The notes under the pieces were generated by a model. That model was not told the DNA's origin, searched no databases, and was given only the letters and a program-made list of their open reading frames with translations. From positions 137,516,001 through 137,580,000 of the forward strand of contig NC_042999.1 of the NCBI RefSeq assembly GCF_006345805.1: 64,000 nucleotides of DNA, in the 5' to 3' direction. Origin of the DNA: Octopus sinensis (taxonomy: Eukaryota). The position numbers were made by a program, and so were the translations under genes. Of the stretch, positions 24,705 through 38,254 are shown piece by piece (within the stretch, counting starts at the first letter, position 1; each line of letters opens with the position of its first letter).

Positions 24705-27700
24705 AATTTATATAAATAAGGATAAGATTGTTAATATGATTGGACCATATTGCTTTATTACACTTCCTCTGTCTTTACTCATACAATATTGAATTTTACT
24801 AATGTAGACCACCACCATTTTCCATAAATTTTAGTAATTTTATTCCAAATCAGCCACAGAAATATATTTTATGGAAGTCATCTCATTCATATACTACTTT
24901 AAACCACATCACTAATAGCTTTAACAGAATGTTAAAAGGCAAAGAAAAAAAGGGTCATCTTGTATAGGTTATAACTTTTCTTATATCATAAACTCACCAA
25001 CTGGAACATATAGTCATATAGATTCCTTCTGCTATGTTTTCATCTCATCTTTTAAATGGTTTCTGTAAATGAAAAATAGATCTCATTTTTTATGTTTAGA
25101 CTATACAAAAGAAGAAATAATAAGCATTTGCCTCTAGCTTGCTTGTTTGTTGTGTTCATTTTTTTCTGTCTTTTCTTTATTTGTTCCTTATACATTTTAC
25201 CCCCAACTGAATCATTAAAAATACAAGAGAAAAACATCACAACTTGGGAGGCCTTAAGTTTAAATTATTGGTTTCAAGAGATTTTGTTGTTTTATTTTTA
25301 TATTTCTTATTTTCTTTTTGTAATGATAATTTAGCTACATTTTATTCACCGAAAACCATGTGGATTACTTCAAATCCTTTTAAAATAAAAAGAATAGAGG
25401 ATCATTTGCTTTTCTTATCTCTGCTATCGCTATCTCTACCTCAGCTATATTTTCATTATGATTCATACAACAGCACATTTCAACAAAGGGGTCACAGCAA
25501 AACAGCCATTGTATTTTCACATCTTTGCTTTACATGAAATACATCAGCTTCAAAAGAGGAAACAAAAATTATATTCATTCACATACATTTCACTGAGCCT
25601 GCACATGTTTTAGAAGTAAAATGTGTGATACAGCTGAATGTCTTTCGTCACACAAGGTAGCTTAAACTAATACAACTATATTCTATCTTTGTGGATGTTC
25701 TGTTAATCTTTTTTTTAATCCATTGACCTGCAAGAGATTAAACTGGACATTCAACATACTAGCCTCACCAGATTGTCCCACAATTTGCAATCTAAGAAGA
25801 ACTGGGGAAGATATAGACACACTCTCCCATTTTCTCTTCAGCCTAAACAATTTTTTAAAAAAGTGAAGTTGATTCATATCTTTCACATATTAAATGAGTT
25901 TTAAAACAGTACATATTTTAGACACATTAGATAATTAGAATGGTACATATTTAAACATATTAAGTAATGGAACTGTACACATATATTTCAAATGTATTAA
26001 GTAAATAAAACACATTTTCCTCATACTAAACATCTCAGACTGCTATTGTCATTATAAGAATAATGACAATATTCACAGAGTAATGTGCAAAACTTAATTC
26101 TCATGTGGTATTTAGTTCCATACCCCTATGTTTTAAATTCACTGAAGCTGATTTTGTCTTTATCATACTTCAATTTATAAAACAGTCCCAGTAATGTTTT
26201 GTGGTCAATACAACAGACACTATTTCTTCCCTATAAATGTGTGATCCTGAGTTGATGGTATAAATCATTCATATTATTAAGGCAGTGAACTGGCAGAAGC
26301 ATTAGCAAGCCACACATTTTGTTCATTATTACATTTTGAGTTCAAATGCTGCTAGGGTCATCTTTGCCTATCATACTTTTGGGTTTGATTAAATAAGTTG
26401 TAGTTGAAAACTGGGGTCAAAGAAATTGACATAACCCTCCCCCAAAATTGCTGGCCTTGTGCCAAACTTTGAAACCATTATTATTATAAGTAGAAGTAAG
26501 ACAGCAAACTAGCAAAACCATTAGCACACCAGGGCAGATGCTTAGTGGTATTTCATCTGTCTTTACATTCTGCGATCAAATTCCACCAAGGTCAACTTTG
26601 CCTTTCATCCTTTTGTAGTTGATAAAGTAAGTACCAGTTGAGCACTGGGATCAATGTAATCAACTTACCCCTCCCCCAAAATTGCTGGCCTTGTATTTAT
26701 TATTGTTGTTGTTGTTATTAGCTCTCACAAGACACTTAAGAGGCAGGTTTTGAGACTCACTTCCCCATCACATTATTGGTGTAATATCTACTGTTCTCCA
26801 CTGAGGTTGACTTTGCCTTTCATCCTTTCAGAGTCAATAAATTAAGTACCAGTTGTGTACTGCAGTCAATCTAATCAACTGACCCCCTCCCCAAAAATTT
26901 CAGGCTTTGTGCCTAGAGTAGAAAAGAATATATACTGTTCTTTAATTTCCCTTGAAACCTTCAAGAATATTGAGAGCCTTTAAATTTTTGCTTGTTTGTT
27001 TTCCTGCAAGTAAATATTGTCATCCATCACAACCAGTGAGAGAGCCTCTATGCCAATGGTTCTTGACCACAAAGATGGCCTTTGGAGGGAGATAAATCAC
27101 TGAAAAGGTTGCGAATGGCAACAAAAGAACTATGACAAACAAAAGAATAATTAAAATAAAAACAATTGACTTTTTAACCAACAAGTTAAACAAACAATTT
27201 ATTAGTTAGTTGGATAGATATTTAACCAATTGACTAACGATAAAGAAGTGGAATTGAACTGGTGTGTGTGTATTATTGGTATAATGACCTCCTAAGGCAC
27301 AACAAAACCATTTAGAACCAATACATAAATATTTTGAGATAAAAAAAATTGAAACAGTTTCTTATCAGTTTAGAATCCATGATGCACAACATAAAAGGCA
27401 CATGTTTCACTGACTCTAAACCTAAAGGAAAATGAAAAAAAAATTGACCCATGTTATAAACAGTACTAAGTAACCATCATGAATACCCCCCCCCCCCACC
27501 GTAAAAACAATATCCCAGCTGACTGCACTGATATATGTGAGCTGTGACTGTGTTTCTCTCAGTAAGTCTGTTATATCCTTCACATCTCTGCTCTACCATG
27601 GATGATCAACACCTTCCTATCAAATTACTGAAACAAGTTGAGTTGTTCCAGGCTGTTGCTGCTGGTTGTTCTTATTAAATCCATACAAGCTACTAGTGAT

Positions 27701-28182
27701 CTTGTGTCTGTCTTAAAAATCGTTATCATCATCATCATCATTATTGATGTTGAATTTTTTAATGATGCTAATAATGATGATGGTTCATATAGTGGTGGTG
27801 GTAATGGTGAAGTAGGATGGAGGATAATGGTTTATGGTGGTGGTGGCAACAATGTAAATGTAGACAACATAGGAATGGATTGATAACATGCATTTACAAG
27901 AAATATACTTGTTAAAAGGAAGGACGAAATATTGACAAATATTGACAACAGACAACTTCCAAGCAGAGAAACAGTAATAAATAACTAAACAACAAATTCT
28001 CAGAAAGGCACAAATATTTGAAAGAAAGGGGTTAGTTTATTATACTAACTAACCTCAGTACATTACTGATATTTAACTTATCCATTTTGGAAGAATGAAA
28101 GGTAAAAATCAACCATAGGGGAATTTGAACTTGAAACATAAAGGGTTATAACTAAATAACACAAAGGCTTTTCACTGATTCT

Positions 28183-28218
28183 TTGTGTGTGTGTGTGTGT
28201 GTGAAAGAGACAGATACA

Positions 28219-28267
<49 letters not shown>

Positions 28268-28445
28268 GGAGAGAAAAGGAAGTACTTTTGTGCATAGGCA
28301 TGTACTGTATATATAGACTTAATGTTTATTTGTGCATACATTCCATGGTCTTGGAATTCAAATCCCATCACAGTTGGAGTTTTGTTGCTCTGGTTGACCA
28401 TATATGTCTGCACCTGAAAAGTTCCTCTTCAGAGTGCAGAATCTA
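28183..28445. repeat. Local duplicate of about 33450-33805 (compound microsatellite plus ~180 bp unique sequence)
   Basis: Both copies share aagtacttttgtgcataggc...aaatcccatcacagttggag...cctgaaaagttcctcttcagagtgca. Confidence 0.93.
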
Positions 28446-29829
28446 GAGCAAAATGTCTTTGATGAGGACCAACAGTTACCCATGCAGCAATTCTCCTTTC
28501 TCAATTCGATCAATGGCAAGGTATAATACAGTTTGATACCAGCTTCATCACAAAAGAACCAACTCATAACATAAATTGTTAGAACAAATACCACAAAATA
28601 CCATCTCTAATACTCTAAAAATTCAGGCATTGAACCACCCTGGATTGGTACTTTATTTTATCAACTCTGGAATAATGAAAGACAAAACTAATATTAACAG
28701 GATTTGAACTCAGAATATAAAGAGCCAGAACAAATATGGAAAGTAATTTAGTCTGACTCTCTAACAATTCTGGCAATCCATTGCCAATTAGATTGACTCC
28801 AGTATATTAGTGGTCCTTGTTTTATCAATCCTTTAAATAACGAAAAAGAAACATAATGTTGACATTGATGGAATTAGAATTCTGACTGTAAAGAGAAGCG
28901 GCTAAATATTGTAAGATGTTTTGTCTTCTGCCACTTCAGCAAATCTGACATTCACCCAGGGCCATCTTGAGACATGAGCACACTGAGCAGTTAACTAGAG
29001 GTCTAACTGAATACTATTGGATCATTGATGCTACTAAGATGACCCTGCATTTACTGTCTTTTGTTTTCTTCTTTAATATGATTTCTGACTTAAGCACAGG
29101 ATCACACTTTTTCAAGGAGGAAATATTCAATTTGATCCCTAGATCTCTATTTGACTGGTATTTATTTTATCAAGCATGGGAGGATGAAAGGAAAAGTTGG
29201 CACTGGTGGGATATGAACTCAAAACATAAAAAGACTTAATTAAGTACCATAAAGCATTTTGTCTGTGCTTTACCAATTCTGCTGATCCACTGCCCTAAAT
29301 AAATGACAATGATGGAGAAAACATTTTAAAAGGAAGTCAAGAGAAAAGCAAGAAACATTTGTGACTAAGAAATGTGGAAATAGCAAACATTTTAGTGGTT
29401 TTTACAAAAAAACAGAAAATAATTTTTTAATAGATATTGTTATGTATGATATGTTGAAAGAAAGTAAATTAAAAAATGTTTCTCTTATCTAGAAAAGGAA
29501 ATGCATCTTGTATTACTTATTCAAATGAATTTTTTTTCTACCTCTGCAAGATACATAGGTTCTACTCCCACACACACTGTGTGTGTGTGAACACATACAC
29601 AAGCACACTCACAAACACATACATTCATTCACACATGTGCATACACAGAATTGGAAAAAACCTCTGAAACTAACAGAGGTAGAAAAAAGTTCATTTGAAT
29701 AACATAGCCTCGTCCTCTTTTAATGCCTGTCTTCTGAGCTGACATGGGTTGGGCAGTTAGATAGGATCTGTTGGACCCAAGGACGGCATTGTGCTCCAAT
29801 GTTTGCTTTGATATAATACAGTGTGTGAA

Positions 29830-30060
29830 AAGGCAGCAAGCTGGCAGAAACGTTAGCACGCCGGGCAAAATGCATAGCCATATTTCATCTGCCGTTATGT
29901 TCTGAGTTCAGATTCCGCCATGATCGACCTTGCTTTTCATCCTTTCGGGGTTGATTAAATAAGTACCAGTCAATCACTGGTGTCGATATAATTGACTTAA
30001 TACCCTTGTCTGTCCTTGTTTGTCCCCTCTATGTTTAGCCCCCTGTGGGCAATAAAGAAA
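29830..30060 (+). mobile_element. tRNA-derived SINE (Nin/Deu-like domain)
   Basis: ggcagcaagctggcagaaacgttagcacgccgggc...gagttcagattccgcc...tttcatcctttcggggttgattaaataagtacc. Confidence 0.85.
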
Positions 30061-30077
30061 TATATAATACAGTGTGT

Positions 30078-30236
30078 GTGTGAAAGTCAACAATGAGTTC
30101 AGCAACAAATTTAGAGTGAAGGTAGGTGTCTTCACTCCTCTCCTATACTTCATAGTTCTACAAGGCATCAAGAGGAGTTTAAGAATGGCTTTTCATGGGA
30201 ACTCCTGCATGCTGGTGATCTAGTTCTTATAGCTTC
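30078..30236 (+). mobile_element. RTE RT core fragment
   Basis: NEFSNKFRVKVGV..PLLYFIVLQGI...WELLHAGDLVLIA matches VGVHQGS..SPLLF...WELLYADDLVLIA. Confidence 0.75.
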
Positions 30237-30479
30237 CTGTAAAGGAGGGAGACCCTAAGTTTCTCTCTTCCACTGGTTTCATCCACATTCAGTAACCAGT
30301 ACTCTATACAGCCTCCACCCTTGAACAGTGTCAAAAATGTTCAAGCATCTTAATATTCTGATATAAACGTAGTTGTATTGGAATTGTCAAATGAGTCGAA
30401 AGCTAGTGGCAGGATAATTATAGCTGAGAGTTCTTCAATTTTATAGAATTTTTTTTTTTTCCAATGAACTAGAAAATTC

Positions 30480-30705
30480 TGTACCATATATTATTGCATT
30501 AAGATTTCTTCTCACTCCAACATACTTATTGCAAGTCACTAGAAAAGGAGATTTTCTAAACTTAAATTCACCAAAAACTACTTACAATTATCAGCAAGTA
30601 CAAACTAGCTCTGAGATGGCTACAATTTCTGTTGAAGAACAAATACAACATGAATTTAAAGGAACTTATCAAAACATTTGAAAGGTAAAAGCAAGGAAAA
30701 AAATT
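30480..30705 (+). mobile_element. hAT transposase C-terminal dimerisation-domain relic
   Basis: IALRFLLT...RRFSKLKFTKNYLQ...MATISVE...ELIKTFE..KARK matches hATC (ALR..LT.P...ERSFSKLKLIKNYLRS...KARK). Confidence 0.7.
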
Positions 30706-31047
30706 TTTTTTAGCAATTGTCACCAATTGTCCTATTAAATTTCTTTGGTGTTGCAGTGATTGCTAGCTTTTAGCTAATTCTTTTAGTGTAAATTGTAGCA
30801 CATAGATCATTGTAACTTTTTCAGTGCAATCGAATTTGATAACCAGGCCAAGATAAGTTAGAAAAGGAAGAATGAAGGATGATAAAAGTTTGTTATTGTG
30901 TAATAGTGATTCAAATTGTGTTCTTGAACTTTACAATAAATTATATTTACACACAAGGCCTCCTGGTGTGACACCTTTTTACTATAACTCCAGACCAACC
31001 AAAGCCCTGTGAGTAGATTTGGTAGACAGAAACTGAAAGAAGCTCAT

Positions 31048-31114
<67 letters not shown>

Positions 31115-31713
31115 AAGAGTGAGGGTGAGATTGAATGTTTATGCTCCTTGTCTTGACAACACGTGATAGTTATAAATGAGTGTCACTGTCATACAAGTAG
31201 AGCCATTTATTTCCAATATTCTGCAACAACGTGTCTGGCTATAGGGAAATATTTTCTTGCTTGGAAACAAGTGTTGTCAATAGGAGGGGTATCTGGATGT
31301 AGAAAATCTGCCACAAATAAACTCTGTCTGACCCATGCAAGCATGAAAAAGTGGATGTTGATGATGATGACCATACATCTTACAGATGAATTAATAGATA
31401 GATTAATGGGTGTAGACAGGAAAACTTGTTGATAGGCAAGATGATGGAGAGGAGATTGGATGGTACAGAATATAACCAAATGTGGCAAGGAATTTAAGTC
31501 TCAGTCTGCATGGAAACTTTGCACCGGCCCTGGTCATAGGGGATGCTCATAGCTGGCGTGCCTTTGATCATAAGTCTGTTCAGTCAAAGCCACTCTGAAG
31601 CTAAACAGCAACAACAACAACTAATCATTTAAATGGAGGATAATAGTAATGAAGACAGGCAGAATATGATGATGATTGCAAAAGAGCAGAAAATGATTAA
31701 GAAATAGCTGTCC

Positions 31714-32030
31714 ATCATCATCATTATTTAGCATCCATTATCCATGCTGCTAAGGGTTGGACATTGTGACCAGGGCTGACAAGCTGGAAGGCTACAGCAG
31801 ACTCCAGTCTGATTTGGCATGGTTTCTATAACTCAATGTCCTTCCTAACGCCAACCACTCCGAGAGTGTAATGGGTGCTTTTACATGTTACTGGCACAAG
31901 TGCCATTTGCGTGACACCAATATCTGCCACAACTGGGATTTTACTAGGCTTGATGGGTTTTCTTCTCAAGCACAGCATAATGCCAAAGGTCTTGGTCATT
32001 GCCTCTATGGGGCCCAACACTCAAAAGGAG
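31714..32030 (-). mobile_element. RTE LINE 3' tail copy
   Basis: Same family as 5914-6235. Confidence 0.85.
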
Positions 32031-32243
32031 CGTTTCACATGCTTTTCAAGGAGCTTTTGTCTAGTTCATAGAAGAAGAATTTAATATTTTAGTGGTGCTC
32101 CAACATGGCCACAGCTAACCAGCTGAAACTAAGGATCTATAGCAAAAACATGAATAGTAAGAAGAACAAATAAACACTAAGACAATGAATACAATATGCA
32201 TACATAAAATATAATATATACATAGGCATATAATATATACATA

Positions 32244-32630
32244 AGCGTAGGAGTGGCTATGTGGTAAGGGGCTTGCTTACCAACCACATGGTTCTGGGTT
32301 CAGTCCCACTGTGTGGCAACTTGAGCAAGTATCTTCTACTATAGCCTTGGGCCAACCAAAGCCTTGTGAGTGGATTTGGTAGATGGAAACTGAAAGAAGC
32401 CTGTTGTATATATGTATGTGTGTGTGTATATCTTTGTGTACCTGTGTTTGTCCCCCCAACATCACTTGACAACCGATGCTGGTGTGTTTACATCCCTGTA
32501 ACTTAGCAGTTCAGCAAAAGAGACCGATAGAAGTACTCAGCTTACTAAGAATAAGTCCTGGGGTCTATTTGCTCGACTAAAGGCGGTGCTCCAGCATGGC
32601 CACAGTCAAATGACTGAAACAAGTATAAGA
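32244..32630 (+). mobile_element. Full-length tRNA-derived CORE-like SINE with an internal (TA)/(TG) microsatellite
   Basis: A box gtggctatgtggtaag, B box ggttcagtccc, CORE-like aacttgagcaagt, 3' end ccagcatggccacagtcaaatgactgaaacaag. Confidence 0.88.
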
Positions 32631-33262
32631 GCATACATACATTATACATGCACAAGTATATATAGGTATACATATTGTACACACCTGAAATTCATGAAAA
32701 TAAGTTTGAAATCCTCTCACATTGAAGAGGATGACAACAATAGTAAGGGTGGTAATGATGATGATGATGATGGTGGTCGTCGCTGGTGGTTGGTGGTAGT
32801 GGTTGGTGGTTGTTGTTTTAGGTGGTGGTGGTGGTGGTGATGCTGGCAGAGGCGGTGGCAAAAAGGACAATAATGGTGGTAGGAGTGTGAATATATGAAA
32901 AAAAAAAACTGCACAAAAAGGAATACATAATGAAGTAATTTATATACAACACAGCTTCTTGAATCCTTTAACATTTTCAGATAGTAATATAGAGAGTACA
33001 GAAGGAAGGAGGAAGAAACTTGGGTGTGTATGAATGTTATAGTTTAAAAATAAGATTCTTTTGACAGCATGCACCTTAACAATAGACATTCTGGTCATTA
33101 TGTATGGCTAGGAGTGGATGTTTACAGAAAAAAAATGAAGATAAATAGAGAAGCGAGGAAACTGTTCTGTTATTGAGAAAGAAATAAAGGTTGTTGGACA
33201 CAAAGACAGTCATAAATCTTCAGAATATATTATTGTTATTGCTGTTGTTATTGTTATTGTTA

Positions 33263-33299
<37 letters not shown>

Positions 33300-33439
33300 G
33301 TTGTTCACTTCCCAACCACATGATTTCAGGTTCAGTCCCACTGCATGGCACCTTGTGAAAGTACCTTCTACTTTAGCTTTGAGTTGACCAAAGCCTTGTG
33401 GTCAGACTTGGTAGATTGAAACTGTCGTATACAGATATG

Positions 33440-33627
<188 letters not shown>

Positions 33628-34228
33628 GAGGAGAAAAAAGAAGTACTTTTGTGCATAGGCCAGTACTATATATATGGAATTAATGCTTATTTGTGCATAC
33701 ACTCCATGGTCTTGGAACTCAAATCCCATCACAGTTGGAGCTTTATTGCTTAGGCTGACCATATATGTCTGCTCCTGAAAAGTTCCTCTTCAGAGTGCAA
33801 AGTCTAAATTACATCTTTTTTAATTAGATGTGTAATGTAATCATCCAATTATTTTGTGTAAGTAAAATATTTGACAACCTAAGACAGTGTACAATGTCTG
33901 TGCTTCGTCATCTTTATATAATTTTGATGCACATTCCCACAGGTCTTTCTGTTGCCTGAGTAATAAGACTATTGTATTTCTAAATATACATTCATCACAA
34001 AATATACAAAACCATTTAGCTGAATTCTTAGAGTCTCAGAGAAAATATCTTTGCAGTATCATGGCTCTTTACATCTGGGGTTCAAATCTTGTCAAGTTTT
34101 ACTTTCATCCCTCCTGGGGTCAGTAAGATAGAGTATCTCTCAAGTAGCTATTCCGCTTCCTTTACATTGCTAATATATTTGGGAAAGGCATGATAACCAC
34201 AGCCCTGATTTTCTCTCTACATGTGACA

Positions 34229-34456
34229 TTAATCCTTTCGTTATCGTATTTCTGTTGAGATGCTCTGAGTTTCTTTCAATTACTTTAAATATAACAAAGA
34301 ACTTAGTAAAATAACTTGGTTATTATTCAACTGGTGTTAGGAACATAAATTGTGACTAAGGTTGGGTGGAAGATTTTAATTCAAAACTTATGAAAACAAG
34401 ACATTTGTACTCAGAGCCAGAGGCGGTTTCAGCCGAGTTGGTAATGAAAGGGTTAA
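34229..34456. mobile_element. TTAA-flanked piggyBac-type MITE
   Basis: TIRs ttaatcctttcgtta / taatgaaagggttaa. Degraded relatives near 20908-21113, 57120-57215 and 63010-63101. Confidence 0.8.
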
Positions 34457-34500
34457 TAGTACTTATTAAACAACCCATTAATTATAGACTGTTAAATATT

Positions 34501-34897
34501 AGTTTCAGATTTTGGCACAAGGTCAGCAATTTTGTGGGTGGGGATAAGTTGATTACATCAACCTCAATGCTCAACAGTTACTTATTTTATTGGTTCTTAA
34601 TTAAAGGGATGAAAGACAAAGTCAACCTCAGCAAAATTTGGACTCAGAACTCGGATGAAATGTCACTAAGCATTTTGCTTGGTGTGCTAATGATTCTGCC
34701 AGCTTGCCACCTTTACAGACAGTTAAATATTCTTTTCTACTCTTGGCACAAGGCCCAAAATTTTGGGGGAGGGAGCCAGTCAATTAGATTGACTCCAGTA
34801 TGCAACTGGTACTTAATTTATCCACCCTGAAAGGATGAAAGGCAAAGTCAACCTTGGCAGAATTTGAACTCTGAACATAAAGACAGATGAAATACCA
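34501..34897 (-). mobile_element. Two Nin/Deu-like SINEs inserted in tandem at one target site
   Basis: Copies at 34501-34716 and 34732-34897 are separated and flanked by agac(t/a)gttaaatatt at 34486, 34717 and 34898. Confidence 0.85.
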
Positions 34898-34909
34898 AGA
34901 CAGTTAAAT

Positions 34910-35610
34910 ATTACAATAGTAATATACAACTATCTATTCTAACAATAGTAGATTGCATTGACAGCAACAATAGAAAAGATAAAAAGTGTGTTACTATAGT
35001 AACAACAGGGAACATGAGATATGTATCACTATGGTTACAGTCAAGATTATAAGAGGAGTGAAAGGATATCCAAAGTAATATGGGCAGTAATCCAATAGAT
35101 TCAGAGTTGGAAGGTTGATCCTGAAGAAGTCCATGTAACCATCAAATATATTACCTAAACACAATACTCATTAAAAAGTTAAACACAAAAAAGGGTCTTA
35201 ACTTTTCAGATGTTAATCCTTCATCAGAAACATATAGGGAGTGAGAAAGAAAAAAATAAATGACAAGCAAAGAGTTAGAAATCAGTTGGGAAGTTAATAC
35301 CATATTGTCAAACTCTGTTCCTCCATTGATATCCTTTTTAATGTGTTTAAGAGTTTACAACTATATAAGAGAGGTGTTACTATAGCAACTGTAAGTAAAG
35401 GACACATGAAGAGTGACATTATAGTTACAGTATTGGATAATAAGGAGTATTACTGTGGTAACTATAAGTAGAGAACTAAGGGGAGTGTTGTTATAGCGAC
35501 AGTAGAGGGCATAAGTGGTGTGTTACCATGGTATTTATCAGCATAGTTGCAGTTGACGAAATGAGAGAAATGTAGCTATGGTAACTTAATGGAAATGTGG
35601 CTGTAGTTAC
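34910..35610. repeat. Degenerate ~35-bp-period array built on a 14-bp X-box-like palindrome
   Basis: Cores start at 34910, 34990, 35025, 35376, 35415, 35449, 35487, 35522, 35537, 35572 and 35597, e.g. GTTACTATAGTAAC, GTTACTATAGCAAC, GTAGCTATGGTAAC. Confidence 0.75.
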
Positions 35611-35723
35611 AGTTGAAAACAAAGTGGATATATATTACATTTTATAGAACTAATTTAAGAAATGTGAGCATGGTTAGCAAGAAATCTTTGGTCATTCAAA
35701 AATAGGTATTCATGGATTTATCT

Positions 35724-35778
35724 CAAGAAAATAACAATCCATTTAATCAGCCAAGAAAATAACAATCCATTTAATCAG
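35724..35778. repeat. 28-bp-period tandem duplication
   Basis: caagaaaataacaatccatttaatcag occurs twice. Confidence 0.95.
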
Positions 35779-37946
35779 TCTCATCAGCCAGTTTTTTTAA
35801 AATTTCAACAAAGTTGCAAATATAGAAATAGAAACAAAAAATTCTGACTAAATTGAAAGGAAAATGAAACAAGTTTTAGTTATCTATAATAACTTGAGGA
35901 AGTGAAACTTTTTATCTGCTTAAAATGGAATCTTTCAGCAGATAAACATGAAGTTTTGATGCTTATAATATAAAATAATATTATTAACAAGACAAAATAT
36001 TTTTGAAAAAAAAAACAACCTAAAAACAAAACCTGAAAATTTATTGTAAAGAATGTTCTGGAAATCTTAAATTAATTTTCTTCTATAAGACTGGCTTAAT
36101 TGTACATATGAGATGTTAAGACAAGGTCACACTAACACATACACCCCTGTATGCACAAATGTACATACATACATAAAACAGGCTTCTTTCAGTTTCCATC
36201 GATCAAATATACTCACAAGGCTTTGATCAACATGGCACTATAGTAGAATACACTGGTCCAAGATTCCATGCAGTGGAACTGAACATGAAACCATGTAGTA
36301 GGGCAGCAAACTTCCAAACCACACAGCCATGATTCTGTGTGCGTGCATGTGTGTGTGTGTGTGTGTATGTATAGGCACCTATGTGTGATTGAGAGTGTAT
36401 TCCCTTCTCTTAATATATACACACTGATTGTAAACAAAACGTCACCGTATATAGAAACAGTGTTGCTTATATGCACTTCTCCGTGAAAATACATCTGAGT
36501 TGTTCGCAGTTTAATATACTGGTGGAATTATTAACTCACTTGGAAATAGTTGAGGGCACCTGGCTATAAAAAATTCTGTCTCAATGAAGACTCATTTGAC
36601 CTGTGAAGGCCTGGAAAAATAAACATTAATACAATGATGATGATGATGATGGTGATGATGATAAAGGTGGTGGGGGGCAGTGGCGGCAGCAGCAGCAGTG
36701 GTGATGGTGATGGTGGCTGTGGTGGAAGTGGAGGTGGTGATAATGATAATAACAATATACCCTAATGTTTGTATATTTATTATTGTCCTTGTGGCTAATA
36801 ATGAAAGACTTATTCCTCTTTACTAATCGCTATGAGTTTTGCTGTTAATTGCAATGGTTTGATTTATACAGTCATAATCATCATCGCCATTTTCATAGAT
36901 ATGATCTTTCCATCCCCACCACCACCACCACTGCCATCACCATCATCATCACCACTATCATCATCACCACTATCATCATCATCATCATCATCAATATTAG
37001 AAGCGAAAATGTTATCATGATTGCCATCACCATTATCATTCTTAACAAAACTCCTATCATCAACTTTATCATTCACTGAAATCATAATCATCATCATCAT
37101 CATCATCATAGCTGTCTTGTCCTCATATCTATGAAAACATTTTTCAACAATATATCATATTGGATATATATATATATATATATATATATACACTCCACCT
37201 ACCCCATCCATAATATGTTTGAAGTTGCTGAAAGTGGAGGAAGGAGAGGCGAACAAAATAAGAAAGAAAAAAATTGAATAAAACATATCAAGATCAAAAG
37301 TGTAAACTCAACATCATTTCTAATTTAAAAATGAAGAATTAAACCTAGTTCCATTCATGATGTATACTTATTATTGTTGTTGTCATTTTTATTGTTATTA
37401 TTTTCTTATTTATATATTTAATTATTTAATTTTCTTTTTTTTTTTTGTTGTTGTTCAATGTCTACAAAGTTTGATGGTGGCTGAGTACTGAAAAAAAGGA
37501 GAACATTCACACACACAATCACGCATGCATGCACATTGACATTCATACACACCTATACATGCATGCACATCCATAATTGTGTACACACATACACACACAA
37601 GCACAAGCACACAGAAAGAACCCCACAGAAACCAGAGACAGACAGACAGAAAAACCCAAAAATGCAATGAGTTCTGAATCATCATCCAATGAAAAAAAAA
37701 AGAAAGTAGACAAAAATCTTGAATCAATATTTCTCTAAATAATATTGCATCTTCAGTAATAAATGGTTTCACTTAATCTGTACTATTAGATTTCTTTCAC
37801 TGATTTATGGCCATGATTATCCAAATGGCTATATACGAAGGACACTGATGCCCTCTCTAGTTCACTTATAAAATCAATAAATTCTTTCTGTTTGTTTTTA
37901 AATTTTTTGTCACACAATTTTTGTTATTTTATTATGTTATATTTAT

Positions 37947-37949
<3 letters not shown>

Positions 37950-38026
<77 letters not shown>

Positions 38027-38210
38027 AATATATATTTATGCCTATTACATACATGTCTTATATTTACAAATCAAGTATGCTAATATATATATTTACAAAT
38101 ATGCTACAAATATATAAATTTATTGATATATATATATATATATATATATAATATTTACAAAAATTCTACAAATATTATATATATGTACATGTATGTATTT
38201 TTTTTGTATA

Positions 38211-38254
<44 letters not shown>

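Noticed and set aside
25885-26015. Degenerate ~32-bp AT-rich tandem repeat
   Set aside because: Real but unremarkable, with no motif suggesting function.
32244-32330. tRNA genes at A/B-box-like sequences
   Set aside because: They continue into SINE bodies and do not form full cloverleaves.
34910-35610. CRISPR interpretation of the spaced palindromes
   Set aside because: The repeats are only 14 bp and degenerate, the spacers resemble each other, there are no cas genes, and the context is eukaryotic.
36630-37110. Poly-Pro/Ser/His/Asp ORFs
   Set aside because: These are (GAT)n, (GGT)n and (CAT)n trinucleotide tracts with no splice or coding context.
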